The translations under genes were made by a program, and so were the position numbers. Source: Acidobacteriota bacterium (GTDB lineage Bacteria; Acidobacteriota; UBA6911). Taken from it: a stretch of 64,000 nucleotides of DNA. The stretch is from positions 4,640,001 to 4,704,000 of the forward strand of contig OY761556.1 in assembly GCA_963664705.1 (NCBI GenBank), given 5' to 3'. Shown in pieces: positions 40,705-49,872 of this stretch; position 1 is the first letter of the stretch; every line of letters starts with the position of its first letter. Below the pieces are notes generated by a model that was given only the letters and a program-made list of their open reading frames with translations, was not told the origin of the DNA and searched no databases.

Positions 40705-41082
40705 ATGTTGAAATCGGCGGCAGGAGTGGTCGCAGGATATGTCCTCTGGTCAGTGCTTTGGTTGCTCTATAATGCGGCACTTAAAAAGCTGGCTTTACTC
40801 CCAACCGATACGACGATTTCGATCCAGGGCAAAACAGTGCTTCTCCTGCTGCTCGCCGGCAGCATTGTGATGTCGGCGCTTGCCGGATATATAAACGCTT
40901 CCATTGCGGGATCAACCACCTACGCGCCGGTGATAACGCTGGGGCTTCTGCTGCTGGCCACGGGTATTTTCTTCCAGGCACAGTATTGGCATCTGATGCC
41001 CTTGTGGTATCACCTCTCCTTTCTGTTGCTGTTGCTTCCCCTCTGCCTGGTCGGGGCACGGCTGCACCTATCCAGGAGTTGA
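40705..41082 (+). CDS. Small integral membrane protein (about 4 TM)
   Basis: AAGGAG RBS; four hydrophobic segments; PLWY motif. Confidence 0.75.
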   Translation: MLKSAAGVVAGYVLWSVLWLLYNAALKKLALLPTDTTISIQGKTVLLLLLAGSIVMSALAGYINASIAGSTTYAPVITLGLLLLATGIFFQAQYWHLMPLWYHLSFLLLLLPLCLVGARLHLSRS

Positions 41083-41134
41083 AGCGGAGCCACGGAGCTT
41101 TCCCTGCGATGGGCCCATTCGCTGTTTGCTAAAC

Positions 41135-41779
41135 CTATAATTTCATACCGCACCAGAGGCCGTCACCCAGTGGAACAATAATGCTTTGAAGGGCGCGCTC
41201 TTTGGCCATGAGATCGTTAAAGACGCGCATGGGTTCTGAGCCGGCATCGGTCGGATCCAGGATGCGCCCGAATCCGAAGGCATTGTCCGCCATGATCAAG
41301 CCTCCGCGTCGAACGATACGCAGGCTCTCGCGAAGATAGAACGGATACCCATCCTTATTGGCGTCAATGAATGCCGCGTCGGCGGAATCGCTTTCAAATG
41401 CAGGCAGGATTTTTTCACCTTTTCCCCGGTAGACCCGTATCCTCTCCGCCACATCCGATTTGGAAATCCACTGTTCAGCGAAACCGGCATGCCGGTCTGA
41501 AACCTCGATGGTCCGGACATGGCCGTCCGGCGGAAGCGCCCGGGCCATCCATATCGAAGAATAGCCGGCCAGGGTGCCCACCTCAATGACCTGTCTGGCG
41601 CCCGAAATCTTCAGGAGCAGCTGCATGAAGCTCCCCTGCTCGGGAGAAATCCAGATGGGCGGGATGCCGGCACCTCTCGCTGCAGCTTTGAGGCGGCGAA
41701 GAAACTCATCCTCCGGAGTCGTGCGCCTGGCCAGATAGTTAAAGTGATCTGCGGTAACTGTGGTGGATGTCTCCGACAT
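41135..41779 (-). CDS. Caffeoyl-CoA-type O-methyltransferase (Methyltransf_3)
   Basis: ISPEQG, IEVGTLAGYS, FIDANK, ADN, PLGDGL. Confidence 0.9.
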   Translation of the reverse strand: MSETSTTVTADHFNYLARRTTPEDEFLRRLKAAARGAGIPPIWISPEQGSFMQLLLKISGARQVIEVGTLAGYSSIWMARALPPDGHVRTIEVSDRHAGFAEQWISKSDVAERIRVYRGKGEKILPAFESDSADAAFIDANKDGYPFYLRESLRIVRRGGLIMADNAFGFGRILDPTDAGSEPMRVFNDLMAKERALQSIIVPLGDGLWCGMKL

Positions 41780-41940
41780 GATTGGCTCCTCCTCCGACCC
41801 TCTGGATGGTGGGATCGATAGGGACTTTTCGTTCTATTGTCAGGCCGGGGGGACGATCGCAGCACAGCGTGGCTGTGCCTTCAATGTAGACAAAGTATAA
41901 CGGTTGGGATGGGCCGATGTGCAGGGGGAACTGTGAGATT

Positions 41941-42058
41941 TGCGGGTTCTATTGACTCGCATTGTTCGCGGAGATACATTTCAGTTATTCTCCCTTCCTA
42001 TTCCCGACTGGATTCTCTTTTGGAATTCCCAGGTCTGCCGGAGAAATAGTTCTTTAGC
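41941..42058 (+). repeat. 118-bp direct repeat, copy 1 (contains a sigma-70-like promoter)
   Basis: 117/118 identical to 42332-42449; TTGACT-17bp-TACATT at 41952-41980. Confidence 0.95.
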
Positions 42059-42331
42059 CCCTGACTTGACCAAATTAGTAACCCCATTAACCGCGAAGAC
42101 CGCGAAGACCTCGAAGACCGCGAAGATCTTTTTGCTCTTTTGGCTGCCGGGCAATTGGATAGTGTAATGAATGATCTGGCGAGAATGATAGGCGCAAAGC
42201 CCACAAAGATATTTTCTTTGCGGTCTTTGCGGTCTTCGCGGTTCAAATACAAAAACTAATCAACGCTATTTATTTATGGAACCTGATTGATCAAATCAGT
42301 AACCACAGATCTGACCCGCCATTTATCAATA
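42059..42331. mobile_element. 273-bp non-coding MITE-like insert with inverted 9-mer arrays
   Basis: (ACCGCGAAG)x4 at about 42089-42126 pairs with the inverted (CTTTGCGGT)x3 at about 42215-42243; internal imperfect direct repeat CCTGA(C)TTGAyCAAATyAGTAACC; no ORF of note. Confidence 0.5.
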
Positions 42332-42449
42332 TGCGGGTTCTATTGACTCGCATTGTTCGCGGAGATACATTTCAGTTATTCCCCCTTCCTATTCCCGACT
42401 GGATTCTCTTTTGGAATTCCCAGGTCTGCCGGAGAAATAGTTCTTTAGC
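42332..42449 (+). repeat. 118-bp direct repeat, copy 2
   Basis: Matches 41941-42058 except for one T/C difference (41991 vs 42382). Confidence 0.95.
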
Positions 42450-42486
42450 TTGAGCCTGTCATCGGGAACCCACGAAGGATAATGCT

Positions 42487-42924
42487 ATGGACATCACGGT
42501 TGAATCTCTCCTGCGCCGTAAAGGGCACGAGGTCTTTTCCGTCCCGCCCGACTGCATCGTCTACGATGCGCTAAAAGTACTTGCCGAAAAGGATATTGGA
42601 GCTCTCCTCGTCCTCGAATCAGGGAAGCTGGTTGGCATATTCTCCGAAAGGGATTATGCGCGAAAGATTGTCCTCAAGGGTAAAATCAGCAAAACAACCG
42701 CAGTCAGGGAAGTGATGACGGAAAAGGTTTTTGCGGTGGATGCGCGCGAGAATATTGAAAACTGCATGGAACTGATGACCGGCAAACACATTCGGCATCT
42801 GCCTGTGCTGAAAGACGGCGCCGTCGCTGGCGTGATTTCCATAGGCGACATCGTGAAAGCCATCATTTCCGAACAACAGTCGACCATCCAGGATCTTGAA
42901 AAATACATCATTGGAGGCCGATAG
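42487..42924 (+). CDS. CBS domain pair protein
   Basis: IGALLV..GKLVGIFSERDY, IRHLPV..GVISIGDIVK. Confidence 0.92.
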   Translation: MDITVESLLRRKGHEVFSVPPDCIVYDALKVLAEKDIGALLVLESGKLVGIFSERDYARKIVLKGKISKTTAVREVMTEKVFAVDARENIENCMELMTGKHIRHLPVLKDGAVAGVISIGDIVKAIISEQQSTIQDLEKYIIGGR

Positions 42925-43001
42925 CGCACCCGCTCCGAAATCTGGAATTTTGGGGAAACAGGTTGCAGGCAGAAACCTGCAACCTGTCTTGCGGATTACT
43001 T

Positions 43002-45446
43002 CTACAGGTTGTGCTCGTTTCTATTAATAACGTCGTCCTGAATATCCGGAGAAAGCTGTGTGAAGTACGCGCTGAATCCTCCGATGCGGACAATCAGATC
43101 CCTGTGATTCTCCGGGTGGATTTTGGCATCCCTCAGCTCGTTGGTATCCACCATATTATATTGAATGTGCGAGCCGCCGTTTGACAGAAACGCATTGGTG
43201 TACGTCACAAGCTTATCGATGCTCTCGGCGCTTCGAATCATTGCCGAGGAAAATTTCTGGTTCAGAACGGAGGCATGGGACTCGCTGGATCCTGCCTTCA
43301 GAACCGAACGAAGCACTGCCGTAGGTCCCTTCCTGTCGGCACCCCTCATCGGAGAGATAGAGCCGTCGTTGAGCGGTTCAAGGGCTTTTCTGCCGTTGGG
43401 CAGAGCCCCCACGCCCAGCCCGCCGAAGTAGTGCCAGGCCAGGCCTTCTCGGGCGACCATGTAATTGCGGAATGGAGCATTGTCGTAGCTCCGGATTATT
43501 CGATAGGAGTCTTCACTGATCTTCTTGGCAAGCAGATCCACATCGCTCAGATCATTCCCGAATTTGGGCTGAGCCAGGCACATCTGCCGGATTTCCTCAC
43601 CCCGCTTGCCGTCAAAGTTGGTCTCGAGGGCATTCAGCAGTTCACGCATCGACAGCTTCTTATCGTCGAATACCAGCTTCTTTACTGCCATTAGTGAATC
43701 GGCGACATCCACGATCGCCCTGTCTGAAATGCCAAACATGGAGTACACAGGATCCGGAATCACCAGATCTTGGCCCTGATCCATGCATCGCTGAATTCCC
43801 ATGGTTGATAAAAACGGGAGCCGCATATGCTTCGGTTGCTCTTTGCGGGCAATCCCGGCCAACCAGAACGAGCGGTGCGTGATGAATTGGTGCTGTTTCA
43901 TTAACGCACTATACAATTCATCAAAGCTCTTGAATTCCGCCGGATCGCCTGTTTCCAGCCCGGTGCGGTTGCCGTTTATATCGACTCCGTTATGAAGGAC
44001 CAGATGAAGCATTGCGGCCAGGTTACAGGCGGCAATACCCTCGGCTCCATAATGCTCCGCCCTTGATGGCAGACACGGATACACACAGCCCAAACCGCAC
44101 CATTCTGCCGCCTCCTCCATTGGGATCCCGTCTTCCAGGAAATGCTGAATAACGACATCGTCATTTTCAAAAAGGGGAATACCGCCTTTGGTCGCCATGT
44201 TGGTGCGGATGGCTTTGCTCATCAACCACTGGGGCGTGGCCTTGTTCCAACGCAGTCCCAAGGTGGGCGAGGAAAGCTGCAGGAGTCCGATGACGTGCAG
44301 GAAGAGATAGCTCAATTCGTTGGAGCAGTCGGTTCCGGTCTTGTCCACCCCGCCGATCATGACATTGTTAATGCCGAAATTGATCTGGTGGGATTCTTTG
44401 AGGCTCTCAGAAGCAACAAACGTCTGGGTTCCCCATCGTCCAATCAACTCTGCAAGCAACTCCGCGGCTCTCTCGACCGTGAGCATGCCGTTATTGATAT
44501 CCCGGATGAAATAGGGATACAGATATTGATCGCCGCGTCCCCATTGCGGATTGTTGTGCATCGGATGTTCGTAGAGTTTGCATACGCCGATGATGGCCAT
44601 GGCCTGCAGGGCTTCCTGAAAGGTTCTGGCCGGATGCTCGGGCACGTGTTCGCAGATGCCCGCAATCTGAAGCAGTTCGGCTTTGCGTTCCGGACGCGTT
44701 TCCGCTTTTGCCATTTCCTTTGCCAGCGCCGCATACCTGCGCGCATGGTTAATGGCCGCCTCGCTGACGATGATGGCAGACTTCCAGAAGTACAACTTAT
44801 CGATATCGGATTCGCGGTTTGCAATAAATGCATCGATATGGGCCTGCGCTTCCTGAATGAAGCCCCGAAGCCCGGTTTCGAGTATCTTTTTCCACATCAG
44901 CACGGAAGTGGTCTGTCCGTATATCGCGGTATCCAGGGTAGGATCTTTCAGTTTGGCTGCTTCGACATCTTTGATCCAGGAACCCACGACCGCTTCCCAT
45001 GCCTTATAGGTCATTTCGGGTGCGGTTTTTCCCCGAAATTCGCGCGCGCTCTCACGCAGTATCTCGAGGCTCTCGGGATCCATTCCAACATTCGCATCCA
45101 TTGTGATCTGAAGCGCGGCCGTGTCTTTCCAGATGTCAGGAACATAATCACCGCAGACGTCAAACGAGGTCGCGCATCCGATGACCCCTGGCGTCGGACG
45201 CCCTACAATCACATCGTAATCGTGAATCCGGATCTCGACATTCTCGACAATCTTCCTAAAAAGCATGGCGCGCCGTATCTGAATGTCCTCCCCCTCAGTT
45301 TCCCGCCATGACGCCACAGTCCATTTTTCCCTGTCCGCAAATAGCTTCCAGCCCGATTCCTTCATGGCCTTCTTCCACTGCTGGATCCGTTCGCCTAGCT
45401 GTACTGCATCAATTCGGTTGAGGAGTTCCCTGTTCACTTCAGCCAT
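43002..45446 (-). CDS. Glycyl-radical enzyme (PFL2 superfamily), substrate unknown
   Basis: 814 aa; PEHPARTFQEALQ, GRGDQYLYPY, Cys loop WCGLGCVYP, PKFGND, Gly loop LIVRIGGFSAYF. Confidence 0.93.
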   Translation of the reverse strand: MAEVNRELLNRIDAVQLGERIQQWKKAMKESGWKLFADREKWTVASWRETEGEDIQIRRAMLFRKIVENVEIRIHDYDVIVGRPTPGVIGCATSFDVCGDYVPDIWKDTAALQITMDANVGMDPESLEILRESAREFRGKTAPEMTYKAWEAVVGSWIKDVEAAKLKDPTLDTAIYGQTTSVLMWKKILETGLRGFIQEAQAHIDAFIANRESDIDKLYFWKSAIIVSEAAINHARRYAALAKEMAKAETRPERKAELLQIAGICEHVPEHPARTFQEALQAMAIIGVCKLYEHPMHNNPQWGRGDQYLYPYFIRDINNGMLTVERAAELLAELIGRWGTQTFVASESLKESHQINFGINNVMIGGVDKTGTDCSNELSYLFLHVIGLLQLSSPTLGLRWNKATPQWLMSKAIRTNMATKGGIPLFENDDVVIQHFLEDGIPMEEAAEWCGLGCVYPCLPSRAEHYGAEGIAACNLAAMLHLVLHNGVDINGNRTGLETGDPAEFKSFDELYSALMKQHQFITHRSFWLAGIARKEQPKHMRLPFLSTMGIQRCMDQGQDLVIPDPVYSMFGISDRAIVDVADSLMAVKKLVFDDKKLSMRELLNALETNFDGKRGEEIRQMCLAQPKFGNDLSDVDLLAKKISEDSYRIIRSYDNAPFRNYMVAREGLAWHYFGGLGVGALPNGRKALEPLNDGSISPMRGADRKGPTAVLRSVLKAGSSESHASVLNQKFSSAMIRSAESIDKLVTYTNAFLSNGGSHIQYNMVDTNELRDAKIHPENHRDLIVRIGGFSAYFTQLSPDIQDDVINRNEHNL

Positions 45447-45501
45447 TTTTCACCTCGCTGCTTGCTTTGTTGCCACCCATCCTGCGAAATAGTCCAATAA
45501 A

Positions 45502-46416
45502 TCACCTAGAAATCGTACAGTCAATGCCGTACCCGACATACGCCTGTCGAACGGCTTCCAGCTGTGCCTCATCCATGGGAACAATTTCCTCGATCGCACA
45601 CGGCACGTCCAGCGCCCGGTATTTGCTCTGGCCCATTCGGTGGTACGGCATCAGCTGCAGTCTTGCTGCTTTGCCGCCGAGATTAGCCAGAAACCTGGCG
45701 GTTGCATCTATATTCTCGCTCGAATCATTAATTCCAGGGATCAGCGGCTGTCGGAACAATACATCGCTCGCGCGCTCCACGACCAGTCTGGCATTATTTA
45801 AGATCTGATCGTTGAATTGTCCAGTGTACCGCCGGTGAACACTCGAATCCATGTGCTTCAGATCAAACAGGAAATGATCGGTCACCGGAATGACCTGGAT
45901 AAATGCCTCCGGATCGACGAACCCGCACGTTTCCACGCATGTATCAATATGCTGCTGGCGGCTCAACTCAAAGAGCTCCCGGACAAACTGCGCCCTGAGC
46001 AGGGGCTCGCCGCCGGAAACGGTCACCCCTCCGCCGGAACTGTCATAAAACATTTTATCGCGCTGAACAGCATCCCAAACCTCGGCAACGGTCATGGGTT
46101 CGCCATACCGAACCAGAGCGCCGTGATAGCACTGCTCTTTGCATTTACCGCAGGATTTGCAGCGGGAATAATCGATGCGGTGTTCCCCTTCGCCGGCCTG
46201 GATGGCATGATTGGGACAGGCATCCAGGCATTTTCCACAATTTGCGCAGAGGGTTCGGATAAAGCCGATCAGCGGCGATCCCGGCAGGCATTCCGGATTG
46301 GCACACCACTGGCATGCCAGCGGACAGCCTTTGAAAAAAACAACGGTTCGAATCCCGGGGCCATCATGAATGGAAAAGCCCTGGATGTTCGTGATGATTG
46401 CACTCTGCATCGTCAT
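45502..46416 (-). CDS. Glycyl-radical enzyme activating enzyme (radical SAM with ferredoxin insert)
   Basis: HDGPGIRTVVFFKGCPLACQWCANPE; two extra CxxCxxCxxxC motifs; GGVTVSGGEP; start 46416 or 46410. Confidence 0.95.
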   Translation of the reverse strand: MTMQSAIITNIQGFSIHDGPGIRTVVFFKGCPLACQWCANPECLPGSPLIGFIRTLCANCGKCLDACPNHAIQAGEGEHRIDYSRCKSCGKCKEQCYHGALVRYGEPMTVAEVWDAVQRDKMFYDSSGGGVTVSGGEPLLRAQFVRELFELSRQQHIDTCVETCGFVDPEAFIQVIPVTDHFLFDLKHMDSSVHRRYTGQFNDQILNNARLVVERASDVLFRQPLIPGINDSSENIDATARFLANLGGKAARLQLMPYHRMGQSKYRALDVPCAIEEIVPMDEAQLEAVRQAYVGYGIDCTISR

Positions 46417-46518
46417 TCCGACAAAGGATACATCGGCAATGATGAAATTGCTATTTCTTAGAGTCTCCACAAAGTTAGAGAAAGCTCATTAGCTCTAAGA
46501 CATAGACGCCTCGCAAAA

Positions 46519-47310
46519 TCAGCCGGCCAGTACCGAAGCATCCAGTGCATGCACACCGGCATCGCAGGTAAACTCGGAGGCGGTGGTATACGCGGATTCA
46601 TCGCTGGCCAGGTAAACAAAAAGTCCGGCAATTTCGGGTGGGAACGCAATGCGTTTGAGCGGGGCCGGTCCCGCCATGGTCTTCAGGCGTTCTTCCACGC
46701 TTATTCCGGCCGCGTGCGCCGTTTCTTCCAGCCTTCGATCGAACATTTCCGAGCGGAAGGCGCCGGGCAATATCACATTGCTGCGAATTTTTTGGTCACC
46801 GAAATCCATGGCCACCTGTCGCGAAAGCCCAAGCAATCCTGATTTTGCCGAGCAATACGCCGCTGCAAATGGAAGGCCCCGAATCGCACCAATCGATGCA
46901 ACATTAATAATGGAGCCGCCACCGGCCCGGAGCATATGCGGAATCGCATATTTCATTACAAGAAACGGTCCGGTCAGATTGGTGTCCATCACCTTTTGCC
47001 AGAGATTGATCTCCATGTCGACGACTGTTCCCGGAACTCCCATCGCGGCATTGTTTACTACGATGTCCAGTTTGCCTCCGAAAGCCGCAGCGGTTTCCAC
47101 CATGCGCTGCACATCTTCCAGCTTGCTGACATCCGCGACGCATACGGTGATCTGACTGCTGGAAAAACGCCCAGCCATCTTGTCCAGTTCTTCACGGCGA
47201 CGGCCGGTAATGCAAACCTTGGCTCCTTCGTTGATGAATGCCTCGGCAACAGCAGCGCCAATGCCCGTGCCGCCTCCGGTAATCAATGCCACCTTTCCCT
47301 GCAATCTCAT
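46519..47310 (-). CDS. Short-chain dehydrogenase/reductase
   Basis: TGGGTGIG, NNAA, YCSAK catalytic motif. Confidence 0.93.
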   Translation of the reverse strand: MRLQGKVALITGGGTGIGAAVAEAFINEGAKVCITGRRREELDKMAGRFSSSQITVCVADVSKLEDVQRMVETAAAFGGKLDIVVNNAAMGVPGTVVDMEINLWQKVMDTNLTGPFLVMKYAIPHMLRAGGGSIINVASIGAIRGLPFAAAYCSAKSGLLGLSRQVAMDFGDQKIRSNVILPGAFRSEMFDRRLEETAHAAGISVEERLKTMAGPAPLKRIAFPPEIAGLFVYLASDESAYTTASEFTCDAGVHALDASVLAG

Positions 47311-47538
47311 GCGCTTCTCCTGTTGAGTAAAGCTCGTTGGATTCGAACTGTATCTCTATACGAGGATGGGCCTTTTTGCAAATAAATTGGTGACCCTGGG
47401 GACCGGCAAAAAGTCGAACTCAAAGAGATAAGTTGAGAACCCGATTGACAGTTGATCCGGGACTGGAATTAAATGAACGGCATATCGGATGCAGGGCATG
47501 CACGCCGCATGTCTTTGCATCATCTTAAAGGAGCTAGT

Positions 47539-47997
47539 ATGGGAGACCCCAAGGAACCTAAAGCTGTGGTTAGCACTAATCTCGAATTGCCTGCGGGCGT
47601 TCACAACTTCGAAGTTGATGACCTTGCAGACAAGGCGCCCGATTCGGACCCGATCAAACGGGTTATCTATATCGACGAGAGGATCATACCGGGATCGTTC
47701 TATGTTGAAGCTTGCTGGGTCGTGGGCTCCGTACCGAGGTCCCATCCGGAACACACCCATCCGGACTACGATGAAATTGTCGGCTTTGTCGGCAGTAATA
47801 TGGAAGATCCCAATGACCTGGGTGCGGAAATCGATTTCGTCGTTGGCGATCAGAAGATGACGATCACCAAAACCTGCTTTATTCACGTGCCTGCCGGGGT
47901 CAGTCATGGCGGGCTTTGCTTCCGAAAAATTGACCGGCCGGTGTTTCAGATCGCGATGTCCCGGATGCCCGCCTTCTCAAGCATTCCACCTACATAG
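47539..47997 (+). CDS. Cupin-like metal-binding protein
   Basis: HTHPDYDE ... HVPAGVSHG cupin motifs; AAGGAG RBS. Confidence 0.75.
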   Translation: MGDPKEPKAVVSTNLELPAGVHNFEVDDLADKAPDSDPIKRVIYIDERIIPGSFYVEACWVVGSVPRSHPEHTHPDYDEIVGFVGSNMEDPNDLGAEIDFVVGDQKMTITKTCFIHVPAGVSHGGLCFRKIDRPVFQIAMSRMPAFSSIPPT

Positions 47998-48011
47998 ACA
48001 TCAGTTATTTA

Positions 48012-48047
48012 CGGAATTCGTGGCGCACATGATCGCCACGAATTCCG
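48012..48047. repeat. REP-like element, family A, copy 3
   Basis: Perfect 14-bp arms CGGAATTCGTGGCG / CGCCACGAATTCCG between convergent genes. Confidence 0.8.
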
Positions 48048-48127
48048 CAATACTCGGCAGGCTTTGCTTGCTTGCAAATTTACATCCGGCCGCCGGCCGC
48101 AATTGGACAGCCTCTTCTCGCCGAAGG

Positions 48128-49066
48128 CTATTCCGCGGCAACAGTCAACGGCTGATCGAGTTGGAAGGTCAGGATTGTCTCTGCCGGCACCTTGATCGAG
48201 CCGCCTTTTGTGATGGCCTGGGTCACCACACCTGCTCCTGCTCCGGACGCGGCACCAATAGCCGCTCCCTTTCCGCCACCGGCAATTGCTCCGATAATCG
48301 CGCCCAGCGCAGCTCCACCGCCGGTATAGGTGGCGGTACGCTTATTCGCGCCCATTCCCTGTTTCCCGACCTTGCTGATCGCGGCAGTCTGAATGGCATA
48401 ACGCTTGCCGTTGATCGTTACGGATTTCAGGTCAAGCACCAGATCTGATGTCCCACGAAAGCGCCCGCCCTTGGATGCCGATTTGATCACAATCTCCGTA
48501 TTGGAGCGAGCTGGAATGACCACGTCCCCGGATGCATCCACAACATTTTTCGTAACCTCTCCCGAGAAGGTCTGCTCTTCAGTCGCGGTTGCAGAATTGA
48601 TGGCCTCAAAAGTACGAACGGCCACCTTGGTTCCGACCGGCAGTTCGTACATCGGCTTCAATTTTTCTGCTTTCTCCGCTGCTTCCGGCTGCATTCTCTG
48701 AACCGGAGCGGCAGGAGTTTTCACGACAGCGGTCGGAGCCTTGGCGTTTGGCTCCGGCGAAGTCGATTCGGTCGAAGGGACAGCGGAGGGTGGGGTATCC
48801 ACCGCGGGAGCGGGTGCGGCATCCGCGTATTCAATGGACCGGACCTGGTCCATGGGAATCGTTCGCGTAATCTTGTCATCACCGGCAACAGCAATTTCCT
48901 TCTCCGAACTGGACACCACATTTCCTGAGGTCGTTGTCCCATCCTTCATCGTTACCGTTGCATGCTTCGGAGGCTGCGATGAGGAAGTGTCCGTCTGGTT
49001 CTTTGCGCAGGAAGCAAAAATCAGCGCCGCAAAAACAACAGCGGCAAAAGCCAAAGACCGCTTCAT
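48128..49066 (-). CDS. Lipoprotein with Pro/Ala linker and C-terminal glycine-zipper domain
   Basis: Lipobox FASC; GGGAALGAIIGAIAGGGKGAAIGAASGAGAG; GGAGG-type RBS. Confidence 0.8.
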   Translation of the reverse strand: MKRSLAFAAVVFAALIFASCAKNQTDTSSSQPPKHATVTMKDGTTTSGNVVSSSEKEIAVAGDDKITRTIPMDQVRSIEYADAAPAPAVDTPPSAVPSTESTSPEPNAKAPTAVVKTPAAPVQRMQPEAAEKAEKLKPMYELPVGTKVAVRTFEAINSATATEEQTFSGEVTKNVVDASGDVVIPARSNTEIVIKSASKGGRFRGTSDLVLDLKSVTINGKRYAIQTAAISKVGKQGMGANKRTATYTGGGAALGAIIGAIAGGGKGAAIGAASGAGAGVVTQAITKGGSIKVPAETILTFQLDQPLTVAAE

Positions 49067-49273
49067 GATAGGTGTTCCTCCTTTATTCAAGTGAAATGAC
49101 ATTACATCCCAACAGTATACACCGTCCCTACAGTGGACACGTCTTGACCTGAATTCACAAAATACGGGATGGCCAGATTTACCTATCCACAAATGAGCAT
49201 ATTTGCTTATACCAAATTCTAGAGCAACCGGGATCTAATATTATGGAGGATTATAGACAAACGGGAGGTTCTG

Positions 49274-49792
49274 ATGGTTAAGACCGTTTTAGTGAGTTTC
49301 GTCCTATCGTTATTCCTGCTCAATGCTTATGCGGGAATTCCGGAAGTCGGCATGCAAGCGCCGCCGTTTATGCTCAAGAATCAGGATGGGGTTGATGTAA
49401 AACTCAGCGACTTCAAAACGAAGTGGGTTGTCCTCTATTTTTATCCAAAGGACTTCACCTCCGGCTGCACCTTGGAAGCTCGCAATTTTCAGCATGATCT
49501 GGCGAACTATGAAAAGCTGGGCGCGGTGATTATTGGCGTCAGCGTCGACTCAGCGGGATCGCACAAAGATTTTTGCTCGAAAGAAGGGTTAGGCTTCAAA
49601 CTGCTTGCGGATACCGACCATAGGGTATCGGCGCTTTACGGCTCGCTTGGAGAGTACCAGGGAAATGCCATGGCATTGCGGAATACATTCATCATTGATC
49701 CAGGTGGGAAGATTGCCAAAATCTTTCAGTCGGTAAAGCCCGCAACCCACAGCGCTGAGGTACTGGCCGCGCTCGCCCAGCTGCAGCATTAA
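49274..49792 (+). CDS. Peroxiredoxin (BCP/PrxQ), exported
   Basis: Signal peptide; YFYPKDFTSGCTLEA; RNTFIID. Confidence 0.92.
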   Translation: MVKTVLVSFVLSLFLLNAYAGIPEVGMQAPPFMLKNQDGVDVKLSDFKTKWVVLYFYPKDFTSGCTLEARNFQHDLANYEKLGAVIIGVSVDSAGSHKDFCSKEGLGFKLLADTDHRVSALYGSLGEYQGNAMALRNTFIIDPGGKIAKIFQSVKPATHSAEVLAALAQLQH

Positions 49793-49797
49793 ACTGA

Positions 49798-49816
49798 GAG
49801 CGCCGCCGTCTCGCCC
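49798..49816 (+). repeat. 19-bp direct repeat, left copy
   Basis: GAGCGCCGCCGTCTCGCCC, identical at 58954-58972. Confidence 0.85.
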
Positions 49817-49836
49817 GATGCATTTGCTTTTTAATA

Positions 49837-49864
49837 ATTGCTGTTCTTTCGCCCCTAGGGCTGA
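49837..49864 (-). repeat. REP-like element, family B, partial copy
   Basis: Reverse complement TCAGCCCTAGGGGCGAAAGAACAGCAAT matches 9500-9528. Confidence 0.65.
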
Positions 49865-49872
49865 GATCGCCT

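Noticed and set aside
42282-42300. FNR box (TTGAT...ATCA)
   Set aside because: Spacer is 3 nt rather than 4, and the sequence is part of the insert's internal repeat
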